57,774 nt of DNA, from IMG/VR virus record IMGVR_UViG_3300010318_000003, positions 1-57,774 of that record, one strand, 5' to 3'. Under the pieces are notes generated by a model that was not told where the DNA came from, ran no database searches, and saw only the letters and a list, made by a program, of their open reading frames with translations. Of the stretch, positions 39,402 to 49,554 are shown piece by piece (position 1 is the stretch's first letter; each line of letters opens with the position of its first letter). The translations under genes were made by a program, and so were the position numbers. Source of the DNA: a virus. Lineage: Duplodnaviria; Caudoviricetes.

Positions 39402-39950
39402 ATGAGTCAAGCATCGATTCAAATTTTATCAACCAACGTTGTTGGAGAAGAGCCTTTCATCGGGGACTTGGATGAGGGGGAACTCTTTGTAAATAACGCT
39501 GATGGTAGAGTTTGGGTAGGAGATTCGATAGGCTCTCCTATCGAGATCGGAGGGGCCGTTAAGAACTCTCCGCTGGGAGCTCTAAGATTTTCAAACTATC
39601 TTAGAGTTGACGTAAGTAACCCAGAAAACTTACCTATCTCAAATACTAACCCACTGGTTATACCCGAGGGTTTTTATAGAGAGATGAGAATTTTAATCAC
39701 TTTCCCTCAAGATCCCGTATCAAACGTAGTCTATTTTGATTATCCCATCGACTGGGGAAACAGGGACTCATGGCTTGTCAAATCAAGTGGCATAACATGG
39801 GGCCAGGGTATCGAAATCGTAGATGAGAACGCAGACAATCCAATCGACGCCTATAAGGCATCAGGTAGACAACTAATGATTGAGCTTAGCTCTTTCGGCC
39901 CTGCTGATTCATGGATGGGCAGATTACTTTGGATAAATAATATTTCATAA
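39402..39950 (+). CDS. Tail-fibre-associated protein
   Basis: LDEGELFVNNADGRVWVG N-terminal fibre motif. Confidence 0.65.
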   Translation: MSQASIQILSTNVVGEEPFIGDLDEGELFVNNADGRVWVGDSIGSPIEIGGAVKNSPLGALRFSNYLRVDVSNPENLPISNTNPLVIPEGFYREMRILITFPQDPVSNVVYFDYPIDWGNRDSWLVKSSGITWGQGIEIVDENADNPIDAYKASGRQLMIELSSFGPADSWMGRLLWINNIS

Positions 39951-39960
39951 TTAACCTCCA

Positions 39961-42900
39961 ATGCTTGACAAGATTACATTCGCAAACGGAACTATCGTTT
40001 CAAAGGATTACCTTAACGAGGTACAGAAAGGAACGAGTTTTGATGGCACGACAACCAGAAACGACTTCTACTCAGCCACCGACGCCGAGCAACAAGGCTG
40101 GGGTATCTCGCAGAGAGATAAATTAAAAGACTACGAAATTGCCGATCCTAGAGAAGAAAAGGAAACCTCTATCGGTAGGTTAGCTCATGATGGAATTATT
40201 CTGGGCTACGAAGGTACTATTACTTCTGTCAACGAAGCAACCTTCTCTGAACCTAAGACCGTTCCTGTCACTGTTGGTCAGGATCAGATTCCTGTAATCG
40301 ACTCAACCTCCACTAGCGGAACTAGGGGAATCATTGTAGAAGCTGGTAGCGTTAAGCTTTCCGACGGATCAGTATTTAGCTGGCCTCGTACTCTGAAGCA
40401 ACTTATCGGAGTCGGTGCCACAACGTCCGGTCCTAACTATCTCTATGTAGAAGAGAACGTTTCTGATAAAGCAAACTCTCAGATCGTTATTTCTGCTACA
40501 AACCCCGACATTTCTGCTGTTCCCCATGTACCTCTTGCTGAGCTGAACTTCAGCGCATTTGAGTTCCTCACTGGTACAGATAACAAGGTTGTTGGAACCG
40601 GCGTTATTGATTTAAGGCCTAATGTATTTGTTGGCAACTTGGCCAACTACTCAACTACTGCTCTTAGAAACACAGACATTATCAGTACCTCGCAGGTAAT
40701 TAATTCTGGAGACAGAGCGGTTCTCGATACCAGAAATGGCTCGATAATTATTTCTCTTCCTGAGTCCCCATCAAATAACGCCAGAGTGGCCGTTGTGGAC
40801 CTCGAAGGTTCTTTTGACAGATTCCCCGTTGTTCTCAGACCCGGAGCCGGATCTAAAATTAACGGATCGGTTGACGACTGGATTATTAATATTCGCGATG
40901 CTCACCTCGAGCTCTTCTACTTTGCTCCTACAGGAGAGTGGAAGTTTGAGGAAACTCCTGGCTCTGAGTGCAATCCGACCTTAGGAACATTTATTAGTTG
41001 TGGTGGTAAAGAGTTTATTGGTACAAGAACCGCAGGTGAGTGCCCTGACGGACAACCCATTCCTGCTAACTACCCCGACCCTTCAGAAGGCGTATATCGC
41101 TACGAGGCATCTACTCAAAAGTGCTATAAGGAAATTAGCCCAACTGCCGCAGTATTCTCTAACGGAGAAGGCGGATTAATCAAAGTTTTAAGGTCTTCTA
41201 GATGCATTAAAGATTCTAGTTCGCTTTCTACTATTAGCATTTCTAAGAGTACTATTTACGTCGATCCTTCTAACGGCGACGACGGCGTCTCTAACACTGG
41301 TAACGATCCTGCAATTCCTTTCAGAACCATCGAAAGGGCGATTATTGAAGCTGCTAGAGCGTCTAGAAGAGTCGAGGGCCTTGATGCCTATGACACTACG
41401 GTAATTGAACTTGCACCCGGCGATTACTACGTTGATAACGCACCTGGAGTAAACGGAGTAACAACCGTTTCTGAAGTAGATCAGTACATTAAGCAAGTAG
41501 ATACTGGATTCAGTGCTCTTGAGACTTGGTCTAAAGAGTCTCCTTATATTGTCATTGATACTTCTGACGGTATCAATGAACAGCCTCCCATCTCTCTCAA
41601 TCTTGGTCGTACAATTTACACCGCAGCCGGTGGCATTGGTACAATCTACAAGCTTGAGAAGCAAGGTCGAGGCTCCTCCCGCTGGAAAGTTTACCTTCAG
41701 TTTGTTCAAGGCGCTATTGCCGCAGGTGACAGACTTTTCTACAACCGCCTTTCTGACTTCAACCCTACCACTGGTGGTATCGTTGTTCCTAGAGGTATCT
41801 CTATTAACGGAATTGACTTAAGAAAAGTCAGAATCCGCCCGATGTACGTTCCCAAGCTAACTCCCGGGTCTTTGATTGCTCAGGAAAAGAGAACCTACAT
41901 CTTTAAGGTAACAGGTGGTACTTATATCTCCCTGCTTACTTTCACTGATAACCAGCAGTTCTCTAGAACTCACAATACCGTTACCGCCGTTGGTTTTGCT
42001 TCTGAAGAAGAGATCAAAGGATCTGATCAGGAAACTTCTTATTACAGAAAAATTTCCTCGTTGTTTGCGAATCTTGACGGATGGGGAGACGACTCTATAA
42101 TTCCTACATCTGGAGAAACAACGATTGTTGCTCCTCTTGCCGGATCTAAGGACAACAGATCGCAAGACTTGGAAGAGAACCAAACTGGTATTCAGAGTCC
42201 TGACCTTGATCTCACTAGAAATCCTTCGATTCCTGGCCAATCTATTCTTAAAGTTTCTGAGGGCGGAAGTAATCAGTTCTTTAGGCTTCCCGACGTAAAC
42301 TCAACCAGATCTTCTTCCCCCTACGTCTTTAACTGTTCCGTCAGATCGATCTTCGGTCTTAACGGAATGTGGGTTGATGGATCCAGAGTTTCTGGCTTTA
42401 AGTCAATGGTCACCGCAAACTATACTCAGGTATCTTTGCAAACTGACCCCAACTGCTTCGAGAATCCCTCTATTGACTATTTCTCCGATCCCCCGACTAA
42501 CAAAGATACGGGCGCAGGTAAGAAATACAGAGAGTGCACCGCTGATCCCTTCAAGTATCGTCACTGGGGCTTTAGAGGAAGCTTCGATGCTACCATTCAG
42601 CTTGTTTCTTGCTTTGTTATCGGTAACGCAGATCACTTTATTTCTGAGTCCGGTTCCGATCTCTCCATTACTAACTCCTGCTCGGACTTCGGCGATATTT
42701 CACTCAGAGCTCTCGGATACAAAGGACATGCTTTCTCTCAAGACGAGGGCGTACCTAAGGGCTCTTACGCAGGAACAAAGATCGTTGAGATTATTCCTCC
42801 TCTCCCTCTTTCGTATGAGGCTCTCGATTCGTTCACTCCTCCTACTCTTGAGGATACCATAATCGGCACCGGTCTTACACTTGACTATCAAAACACTCTA

Positions 42901-44988
42901 GAGTACGTTAAAGAAAACTCTTCAAACGGGGTTCAGCCAAATACCTTCAGACTCTATGTCTTTAATTCTAACACGTCTAACGTATTCGATTTACAAAACC
43001 CACCCACTGCTTCTGACGTAGCGTTCGGACAATATTCTTATACTAAGAAAAGAGAAGATGGCAGATACGTTCAAGCCGGCGGTGAGGCAAGAGATAACAG
43101 AAAGAGAATCATTATCTCCGGCTTCGATGAAAACGGTAACTCTGTTAACTATCAGTTAAACATCAGAATCCAAACACCTCAGTCTCTCGGATTTGATGCT
43201 CTTGATGATCGTTCCAAGATCTTTGTTTGGGATCCTGTAAAAACTCGTTGGTATATTGAAGGAGACACCGCTGGAATTGTAGAAGAGGTATTTGACGATA
43301 ATAAAGAAAATAAGGGCGACACCGATGGTGACGGATTCTTTGCTAAGAAGCTTGACTACGCCTTTAGATTCAAGGTATCTACTGCCACAGATATTACTAC
43401 CGAAACTTTCAGGGAAGTTGACTTTATCTTTGATAAAGCACCTCTAAAGATTATCAGAGGCATTGATAGAAGAACCGATCAGCAAAGGATCTACAAGACT
43501 GTTGTAGAAGGCCACTTAAACGAGGCCGGAATCAGAAGACCTCAGGCCTACTACGTCCTGGAAAAACAGGAGCAAGTTCCCGGCTTCCCTCTTAACACCG
43601 GTAAGGATCTAGAAACCGATCCTCTTACTGTTACCCAAGTTATTCCTTATGATCAGTTCATTAGGCCGGGCTCGGTAGATGTAAGGTTCCCTGGCAAGTT
43701 TATTGTCTATCTTACGCAGTCTTCTGACGCAAGAGACGTATTCCAAGGTAACGTACTACCCGCTCAAGATGCCGACGAGCCCGAGCTTACAGAAGATCCT
43801 ACTAATTCTATTACAAGATCCGCTCTTGAAAAGTTTGCTGCTAGATCATCAGTATTCTTGACAAGGCCTTTAGCTCCCAGCGTTTCTTCCATCTTCATTA
43901 AAGAATCTTCTGCTTCTTCTCAGAATGGAATCTTAACTTCTTATCGTAGACCTTCTATTATTAGAGCTTCTGGTCACACCTGGGAGTGGACTGGATACCT
44001 CAACTATGACACCGCTTTCCCAACCTTCCAAGGCGAGCCTCTTGATCAAAACTTTGCTTTAGGCAAGATTATTCTTGAGGAAGACGGCGGCAGAGTGTAT
44101 GCAACCGGCATGAACGAAGAAGGTAACTACTATATCGGAACCACCGTATTCGACCTTAGATCCGGCGAGCAGTTCTCTATTCCTCTTAAGGCGGATAACG
44201 AGATCGGAAATGTAACCAACCAGGTTCTTAATACAGTTGCTGTTCGTTCTAGGTTGCTGCTTTCTGATGGTGCTTCTACGGTATTTTCATCTGACACTAC
44301 GATCTTCTTTAGCGAAACTACAAAGTTCAAGAGCTTAACCACCGGAAATATTACTGCTTCCAGCAATCCTCCTGGGGTTTACGGAACCGAAGAATCAGCA
44401 GGTCTGATTCAGTTTGCGGGAGCCGCTGATATTGCTGGATCAAGAAACAGATTAGGAGGATCCGCAAGCTCCGGCCGTGCTTCTCTCCTTGCTGTTAGCG
44501 CTCTTCAACTTGCCCAAGAGCTCGATACAAGACTCAGAGCGTTTATTAGCGCCGGCACTGGAGTTGAGGTAGTCTCTACTCCTAATCCTGGAGAAGACGG
44601 ACAATCGGGAACCGAGGATGACTTTAATACATTTGTCGTTAGCATTGGTCAACCTGTAGCTACAACAGATAACGTTCTCTTTAATAAAGTTACAGCAACG
44701 GAGGACATTTGCTTAGAGTCTGACTTAAGACTTAAGGATAATGTTATTAGGTTCGATGAATCTCTCGCTAAGATCGAAAAGCTCAGAGGCGTTAGATACG
44801 AACTTAAGGCTAAGCCCGGTGTACCTAGAATCGGACTTATCGCTCAGGAAGTTAAAGAAATTCTTCCTGAGTCCGTAAGCACGGATGCCGACGGAATGAT
44901 GTCTGTTTCTTATCAGTCTCTGATTCCGGTCCTTATTGAAGCGGTCAAGGAGCTTTCTGAAAGAGTTAAAAACTTAGAAAATAAGTAA
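39961..44988 (+). CDS. Long tail fibre with C-terminal intramolecular chaperone (peptidase S74-like)
   Basis: C-terminal SDLRLKDNV...LRGVRY...IGLIAQEV...VSYQSLIPVLIEAVKEL; internal TIYVDP...PFRTIERA and SPYVFNCS motifs; DTRNG...LP...GSF repeat. Confidence 0.88.
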   Translation: MLDKITFANGTIVSKDYLNEVQKGTSFDGTTTRNDFYSATDAEQQGWGISQRDKLKDYEIADPREEKETSIGRLAHDGIILGYEGTITSVNEATFSEPKTVPVTVGQDQIPVIDSTSTSGTRGIIVEAGSVKLSDGSVFSWPRTLKQLIGVGATTSGPNYLYVEENVSDKANSQIVISATNPDISAVPHVPLAELNFSAFEFLTGTDNKVVGTGVIDLRPNVFVGNLANYSTTALRNTDIISTSQVINSGDRAVLDTRNGSIIISLPESPSNNARVAVVDLEGSFDRFPVVLRPGAGSKINGSVDDWIINIRDAHLELFYFAPTGEWKFEETPGSECNPTLGTFISCGGKEFIGTRTAGECPDGQPIPANYPDPSEGVYRYEASTQKCYKEISPTAAVFSNGEGGLIKVLRSSRCIKDSSSLSTISISKSTIYVDPSNGDDGVSNTGNDPAIPFRTIERAIIEAARASRRVEGLDAYDTTVIELAPGDYYVDNAPGVNGVTTVSEVDQYIKQVDTGFSALETWSKESPYIVIDTSDGINEQPPISLNLGRTIYTAAGGIGTIYKLEKQGRGSSRWKVYLQFVQGAIAAGDRLFYNRLSDFNPTTGGIVVPRGISINGIDLRKVRIRPMYVPKLTPGSLIAQEKRTYIFKVTGGTYISLLTFTDNQQFSRTHNTVTAVGFASEEEIKGSDQETSYYRKISSLFANLDGWGDDSIIPTSGETTIVAPLAGSKDNRSQDLEENQTGIQSPDLDLTRNPSIPGQSILKVSEGGSNQFFRLPDVNSTRSSSPYVFNCSVRSIFGLNGMWVDGSRVSGFKSMVTANYTQVSLQTDPNCFENPSIDYFSDPPTNKDTGAGKKYRECTADPFKYRHWGFRGSFDATIQLVSCFVIGNADHFISESGSDLSITNSCSDFGDISLRALGYKGHAFSQDEGVPKGSYAGTKIVEIIPPLPLSYEALDSFTPPTLEDTIIGTGLTLDYQNTLEYVKENSSNGVQPNTFRLYVFNSNTSNVFDLQNPPTASDVAFGQYSYTKKREDGRYVQAGGEARDNRKRIIISGFDENGNSVNYQLNIRIQTPQSLGFDALDDRSKIFVWDPVKTRWYIEGDTAGIVEEVFDDNKENKGDTDGDGFFAKKLDYAFRFKVSTATDITTETFREVDFIFDKAPLKIIRGIDRRTDQQRIYKTVVEGHLNEAGIRRPQAYYVLEKQEQVPGFPLNTGKDLETDPLTVTQVIPYDQFIRPGSVDVRFPGKFIVYLTQSSDARDVFQGNVLPAQDADEPELTEDPTNSITRSALEKFAARSSVFLTRPLAPSVSSIFIKESSASSQNGILTSYRRPSIIRASGHTWEWTGYLNYDTAFPTFQGEPLDQNFALGKIILEEDGGRVYATGMNEEGNYYIGTTVFDLRSGEQFSIPLKADNEIGNVTNQVLNTVAVRSRLLLSDGASTVFSSDTTIFFSETTKFKSLTTGNITASSNPPGVYGTEESAGLIQFAGAADIAGSRNRLGGSASSGRASLLAVSALQLAQELDTRLRAFISAGTGVEVVSTPNPGEDGQSGTEDDFNTFVVSIGQPVATTDNVLFNKVTATEDICLESDLRLKDNVIRFDESLAKIEKLRGVRYELKAKPGVPRIGLIAQEVKEILPESVSTDADGMMSVSYQSLIPVLIEAVKELSERVKNLENK

Positions 44989-44997
44989 TAAAAAGCT

Positions 44998-47091
44998 ATG
45001 GAATTAGTAGCAACAAAAACTAGCGCAACTACAGTAGACCTAGATCTTACACAATTTGTAGATACCAACGTATTTTTAAACATATCCTGGATAAACGGTT
45101 CCCCAGCCGCCAACTCAGTCGCCTTTGCTACTGGAAACCTGCAGCTTGTTGTCCTTTCTGGTCCGCTGGATGGATTTATTAATTTTGAGTTTGTCGGAGG
45201 GCAGGTTTATACCTTTACCTACACAAACGCGGTTCCAGTTGCAGATCAGGTAAATACACCAGATATTAATGTAAATATCGCCTCTGGAAACTTTGTTAGG
45301 TGGGAATTTGAAGACGGCGGTGGCAATCCTGGCGCTTTTCCAACCTTTTCAGATGGCACTGTTATCATATCCATTGCTCAAGTTCAACCAGATAAGCCCC
45401 CGGTTCCCGATTTTGTCTTGCCGGTTTGTGTCTCACCACCTGCCCTAGAAAGCGATACGACTGACGGATTGCAAATTTCACTAGTAGATTCAGTTGTCGT
45501 AGCCACCAGCAGAACCGCCGGGTTCCCCGGAGCAATAGACGTTACAGGCTATGAAGACTGGAACGAATTTATTAACACCTACGCTATCTCGTTTACGACA
45601 GACATAGCAGGACTTCAAAATAGAACCGACGTTTCAACTATAGACGTGCCCTTTCCGGCCGCTGGACGGTACGTAGTTAGAGCGTCCGCAGATAATTCCG
45701 CTTTATCTTCTCTCACAGTAGATGGAAATGTATGCGCACTTAGCGGGTTCGAGCTCCCCGGTCTATACACAGAGATAGAGATAGATTCTCCCGGTCTTAA
45801 AACCATCGATATCGTTATTGGAAACCAAGACACCGGAATTCCTCTGGAAGAATTTGCCGATAACCCGATGGGCATCGCTTTTACAATTTTTACAAAACCC
45901 GCCGTAGCTTTAAATCTAAGAAATTACGAAAATCAACTCGTAACGCTCAAGCTCGTAAACGAGAAAAATGCTGGGTATCCTCATACCTTCGACTTTTCAA
46001 TACCCGACGCCTCTGACATTGTAGTAGATGGAGTGGCCTTAGGAGGCACAGAGTACGCCAGGGAAGAATTAACTTCAACACTAGGAGACACTGTAGTATC
46101 TTTTACCAGCACGGCCTACTTATATAACTTAGATGGAGGAGACTACAACTATATCTTCTCCAGTTTCTCCACTCCAGACCCACCACCAACACGCCAAAAC
46201 CATAGAACAGTTTGTGCTCCAGATTTAGATGGCTCCTTTGTCACTGAAATTGCAAATAGCAGAAATGCTGGATTTGCTGGTAAAATAGACGTAAGCGGTT
46301 ACGCATCTTGGAGTGACTTTATGAACGCAAACGCAATTTCGTTCACCACGTCCCCGACAAATTTGCAGGGTAGAGTTGACAACGCGAGTGTTACTGTTAA
46401 TTTCCCCACCGCTGGTAGCTATGCGGTCCGAGCAGCTGCGGATAATGGACCTCTTTCATCTGTGACATTGAACGGTACAGTTTGTGCTGTAGGAAACTTG
46501 GACACAGGAGGGGTCGACACCCTGGTTTCCATCCCTGCTGCCGGAGATTACACCTTAGACATTACTATCGGTAATCAAGATACGGGCACAGGGCCTTTAA
46601 CGACTTTTGATGAAAATCCTATGGGACTTGCGTTTCAGATTCTCACGGCTCCTATAGTTTGTGAAGAAGTGCCTTTCACAGAGACTTTCTCTGGAACGTG
46701 GCCTTTTTGCGATAGAGAAATCTTCATAACAAAAAATGGTGGCAATAGTGTAACTTGGTGCTTTGAGGATGGTGGTGGAATCAACTTCTGTGACCAAAGG
46801 ATCACTGTTACTTTAGAAGCGACCAGGGACGTTGTTCCAAATACCGGAAATGCTTGCCTTACCGCAATCCAGAACAACGTGTGGATTGCTGACTCCGCGG
46901 TACCCGCAGCTGATGGCGCCTGCATCTCCCAATACCGAGATCATAGCACAGCTTTTACTCAGAGCAGGTTTAGAATACCCGGAGAAAAAACCTCCAAAGT
47001 TGCGTTTCCCGGCACGCTTTGTTTCTCAGACTTCAGAGGAGTTGCAGGGGCAAAAACTCCAGAAGAACTGAATATACCTCCCGCACCGTAA
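44998..47091 (+). CDS. Putative receptor-binding/fibre-tip protein with a duplicated beta-sandwich domain
   Basis: 697 aa with two ~135 aa internal repeats; immediately after the tail fibre. Confidence 0.65.
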   Translation: MELVATKTSATTVDLDLTQFVDTNVFLNISWINGSPAANSVAFATGNLQLVVLSGPLDGFINFEFVGGQVYTFTYTNAVPVADQVNTPDINVNIASGNFVRWEFEDGGGNPGAFPTFSDGTVIISIAQVQPDKPPVPDFVLPVCVSPPALESDTTDGLQISLVDSVVVATSRTAGFPGAIDVTGYEDWNEFINTYAISFTTDIAGLQNRTDVSTIDVPFPAAGRYVVRASADNSALSSLTVDGNVCALSGFELPGLYTEIEIDSPGLKTIDIVIGNQDTGIPLEEFADNPMGIAFTIFTKPAVALNLRNYENQLVTLKLVNEKNAGYPHTFDFSIPDASDIVVDGVALGGTEYAREELTSTLGDTVVSFTSTAYLYNLDGGDYNYIFSSFSTPDPPPTRQNHRTVCAPDLDGSFVTEIANSRNAGFAGKIDVSGYASWSDFMNANAISFTTSPTNLQGRVDNASVTVNFPTAGSYAVRAAADNGPLSSVTLNGTVCAVGNLDTGGVDTLVSIPAAGDYTLDITIGNQDTGTGPLTTFDENPMGLAFQILTAPIVCEEVPFTETFSGTWPFCDREIFITKNGGNSVTWCFEDGGGINFCDQRITVTLEATRDVVPNTGNACLTAIQNNVWIADSAVPAADGACISQYRDHSTAFTQSRFRIPGEKTSKVAFPGTLCFSDFRGVAGAKTPEELNIPPAP
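45490..46650 (+). repeat. Internal domain duplication (about 45490-45895 and 46240-46650)
   Basis: SRxAGFxGxIDVxGYxxWxxFxNxxAISFTT...FPxAGxYxVRAxADN...IGNQDTG...NPMGxAFxI occurs twice. Confidence 0.85.
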
Positions 47092-47095
47092 AGTA

Positions 47096-47398
47096 ATGTT
47101 TACAACAATATCAGCAAGTGGCCGGAAGGCCAGAGCACCGCGCTGGTGGAGCGAAACAGTAGATAAGCTTCCTAAGCTCTCTTTACCGTTTCTTTGCCCT
47201 AAAACCTGGAACAAAAAATTAGCATATAAGTGGATCAATGCAATTCCAGATAAGTGCCCGTTTGAACGCCAACTCTGGGTAAAGGATACGCTGTTGCTCT
47301 ATATTCCTCCTCTGTGCCCATTCAATCCGTTCTCTAAGCAGCTATACTCAATAAAGCTCGAAGCCAAAAATTTTATCTACGAATATTACAAAAAATAG
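47096..47398 (+). CDS. Mo-dependent nitrogenase C-terminal domain-like protein (cyanobacterial type)
   Basis: IPDKCPFERQ...YIPPLCPFNPF matches the IPxxCPFER...IPPLCxxNP signature. Confidence 0.75.
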   Translation: MFTTISASGRKARAPRWWSETVDKLPKLSLPFLCPKTWNKKLAYKWINAIPDKCPFERQLWVKDTLLLYIPPLCPFNPFSKQLYSIKLEAKNFIYEYYKK

Positions 47399-47417
47399 TT
47401 TAAAGGTAGCTATGGGG

Positions 47418-47446
47418 TTGACATAGCGTCATTCCCATGATATAAT
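47418..47446 (+). promoter_or_regulatory. Consensus sigma-70 promoter
   Basis: TTGACA-17 nt-TATAAT with extended TG. Confidence 0.85.
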
Positions 47447-47509
47447 TTCTAAGTGAGCTAAGAGAGATCTTACTCCAAAGGACACATTTACTCAAAGGAA
47501 CCTAACAAA

Positions 47510-48445
47510 ATGTCTTTTACCATCAATACTGTCGACATCTCCACGAATGCCCCTGCTTTGGCTCCGCTTGCAGGTCGTGAGTACAACAGCGACTATACTT
47601 CTTTGCCTAACGCAAATCTGCCAAAAGCAATGCGCAAAGACCTCGATACCGTATTTCAATATTTAACTAAGGAAGAACTCCCCCTTGATGAGAATACTTT
47701 CCTCATTAAGTCCCGCGATAGCATCTACTTCCGCCTCTTTGGCCCCGTACTTAAAGTCGGTGCTGAAGGCGTAGAAGGTACTAAGGATGGCGAACTCTAT
47801 GTTCAGTGGGGTCCTCGTTATATCCCTCTCCAGGTTGATAAGGGTGGATTCAAAACAGAAGATGGCCGAGAGATCGAGGCAGAATTCGGCTCTTACAACT
47901 TCTCTGGTCGTGGCGAAGACGCAGCGCTCTTCATGGCTGTAGATGTTGAGGGTGGTCAAACTGTTCTTCCAGTTGCTATCCGGTTTACCGATTGGGAGAA
48001 TCCTGTTGAGCCCAAGGCTATGAACGCATTGCTCAAGAAGAAGCCTGCGGACATCATTTCCCTTCTTCAGAAAGTTACCGCTAAGGGCAGCGGCGGCGGC
48101 GGCGGCGGTACTCGAATTGAGCCCGATTCCGAAATTGACTTTCGTGAGCTCGAAGTGAATACCCCGTACGAGGTGATCGGTTATTACCCATGCAAGACCT
48201 CATACGGCCTCACATATCGCATCTTGATCAACAATACCCCGGAAGAGGGTAGCGTGGCTGGCGCATGGGCTCATAGCTCAATTCGCCCTCTGCTTGCAAC
48301 CAAGCCTGAGATCAACAAAGAAAAGCCTGCTACTTTGACTCTCCGTAGCAAAGAAGAAATGGATAATGGCCGTATCCGTATCCGTTCCACTCTGCTTCTT
48401 GCTCAGCAAGAAAGCACTGACGAGGACCTAAATTTAGATTTTTAG
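47510..48445 (+). CDS. Hypothetical protein, candidate single-stranded DNA-binding protein
   Basis: 311 aa; strong promoter; Gly linker; acidic aromatic C-terminus STDEDLNLDF; function is inference. Confidence 0.55.
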   Translation: MSFTINTVDISTNAPALAPLAGREYNSDYTSLPNANLPKAMRKDLDTVFQYLTKEELPLDENTFLIKSRDSIYFRLFGPVLKVGAEGVEGTKDGELYVQWGPRYIPLQVDKGGFKTEDGREIEAEFGSYNFSGRGEDAALFMAVDVEGGQTVLPVAIRFTDWENPVEPKAMNALLKKKPADIISLLQKVTAKGSGGGGGGTRIEPDSEIDFRELEVNTPYEVIGYYPCKTSYGLTYRILINNTPEEGSVAGAWAHSSIRPLLATKPEINKEKPATLTLRSKEEMDNGRIRIRSTLLLAQQESTDEDLNLDF

Positions 48446-48470
48446 AACTAAATCTAGTCTTCTAAGTTTA

Positions 48471-48498
48471 AAGGCTCTCTACGGAGGGTCTTTTTTTA
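48471..48498 (+). terminator. Rho-independent terminator
   Basis: AGGCTCTC-TACG-GAGGGTCT followed by T-run. Confidence 0.75.
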
Positions 48499-48591
48499 TG
48501 AATAAAACACACTATGTATACTACTCGTAAACTTTTAGGGCCCAAAAGGCTCTCTTTTTTTGTTTAAAGATATTCACCACAAAAAATAATA

Positions 48592-48777
48592 ATGGAAAAT
48601 AACAAGGATCTCATCCCACCCGATGGCTGGAAGGTATACGTTGCTCCAGGTCCCCAGACTGGTGAGGATGATTATCATTCTAAGTTTGTCGACCCCAAGT
48701 CCAAGTTCGGCGCTACCGACAGCTCTACTCCAGACAACAGTAGTTACGGAATTGTAAAACCCACTGATTTCGCCTGA
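48592..48777 (+). CDS. Hypothetical protein
   Basis: 61 aa; GTTTAAAG 22 nt upstream. Confidence 0.65.
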   Translation: MENNKDLIPPDGWKVYVAPGPQTGEDDYHSKFVDPKSKFGATDSSTPDNSSYGIVKPTDFA

Positions 48778-48816
48778 TCTGTGATAGAATAACTCTATTA
48801 TGATTCAGAGCTATCC

Positions 48817-49554
48817 ATGCCAGAGAACCTTCTGTTAGTCTCAGACATTCACTCAAGAAACGACGCTCTCTCAAGGCTACTGGATAAGCTTACACCAAAA
48901 ATCAACGCTGGAGCTCACATTGTATTTCTCGGAGATCTAAACGATTGTAGAGATAAATCTTACCAAGATCAATGTAGCTTTAATGAGGTATATTGCCTTG
49001 TTCGCCAGCTCTGTGATGAAGGTTATGCAACTCTTGTTCACTCCAACCACTCACAAAATCTTTGCGATCACTATCTTAAAAGAAGGAAGGTTCATAAAGG
49101 AGTTATGGGCTTCAAACATACTCTCCAAGAAATAGACCAACTCGATGAAGAATATAGGCAAGACATGATAGAGTGGCTGGATTCTCGACCTTTAGGACTT
49201 AGCTACAAACTTGATAACGATAATCATTATCACATATCCCATGCGTTTCACGATCGAAAGCTAGATTATAGCAATCCATCCACTCTAACACCGGAGCAAA
49301 TAGACAGAACTCTTAGAGGAGTAAAGCACTCTTGGCTGTATCAGGGAAAGAAATATAGCAAGCATATCGGCTTTTGGAGAAACCCAGAAAAGCGTGGCGC
49401 AGTTGATAACCACATTTTATGTGCAGGACACTGGGAACAAGTAATTGTAACCGATAATTGCGTGGTCAATGATCCAGGTGGACATAAGACTGACGGTACA
49501 ATAGGAGTATATAACGCAATCGAGCACGAAATTACTATCTACGAAAACAAATGA
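48817..49554 (+). CDS. Calcineurin-like metallophosphoesterase
   Basis: VSDIH, FLGDLND, SNH, SHA and AGHW motifs. Confidence 0.85.
   Translation: MPENLLLVSDIHSRNDALSRLLDKLTPKINAGAHIVFLGDLNDCRDKSYQDQCSFNEVYCLVRQLCDEGYATLVHSNHSQNLCDHYLKRRKVHKGVMGFKHTLQEIDQLDEEYRQDMIEWLDSRPLGLSYKLDNDNHYHISHAFHDRKLDYSNPSTLTPEQIDRTLRGVKHSWLYQGKKYSKHIGFWRNPEKRGAVDNHILCAGHWEQVIVTDNCVVNDPGGHKTDGTIGVYNAIEHEITIYENK

Noticed and set aside
48425-48560. Several inverted repeats after the 47510 gene as a possible origin or ncRNA
   Set aside because: Adequately explained by terminators and AT-rich sequence; no iterons seen
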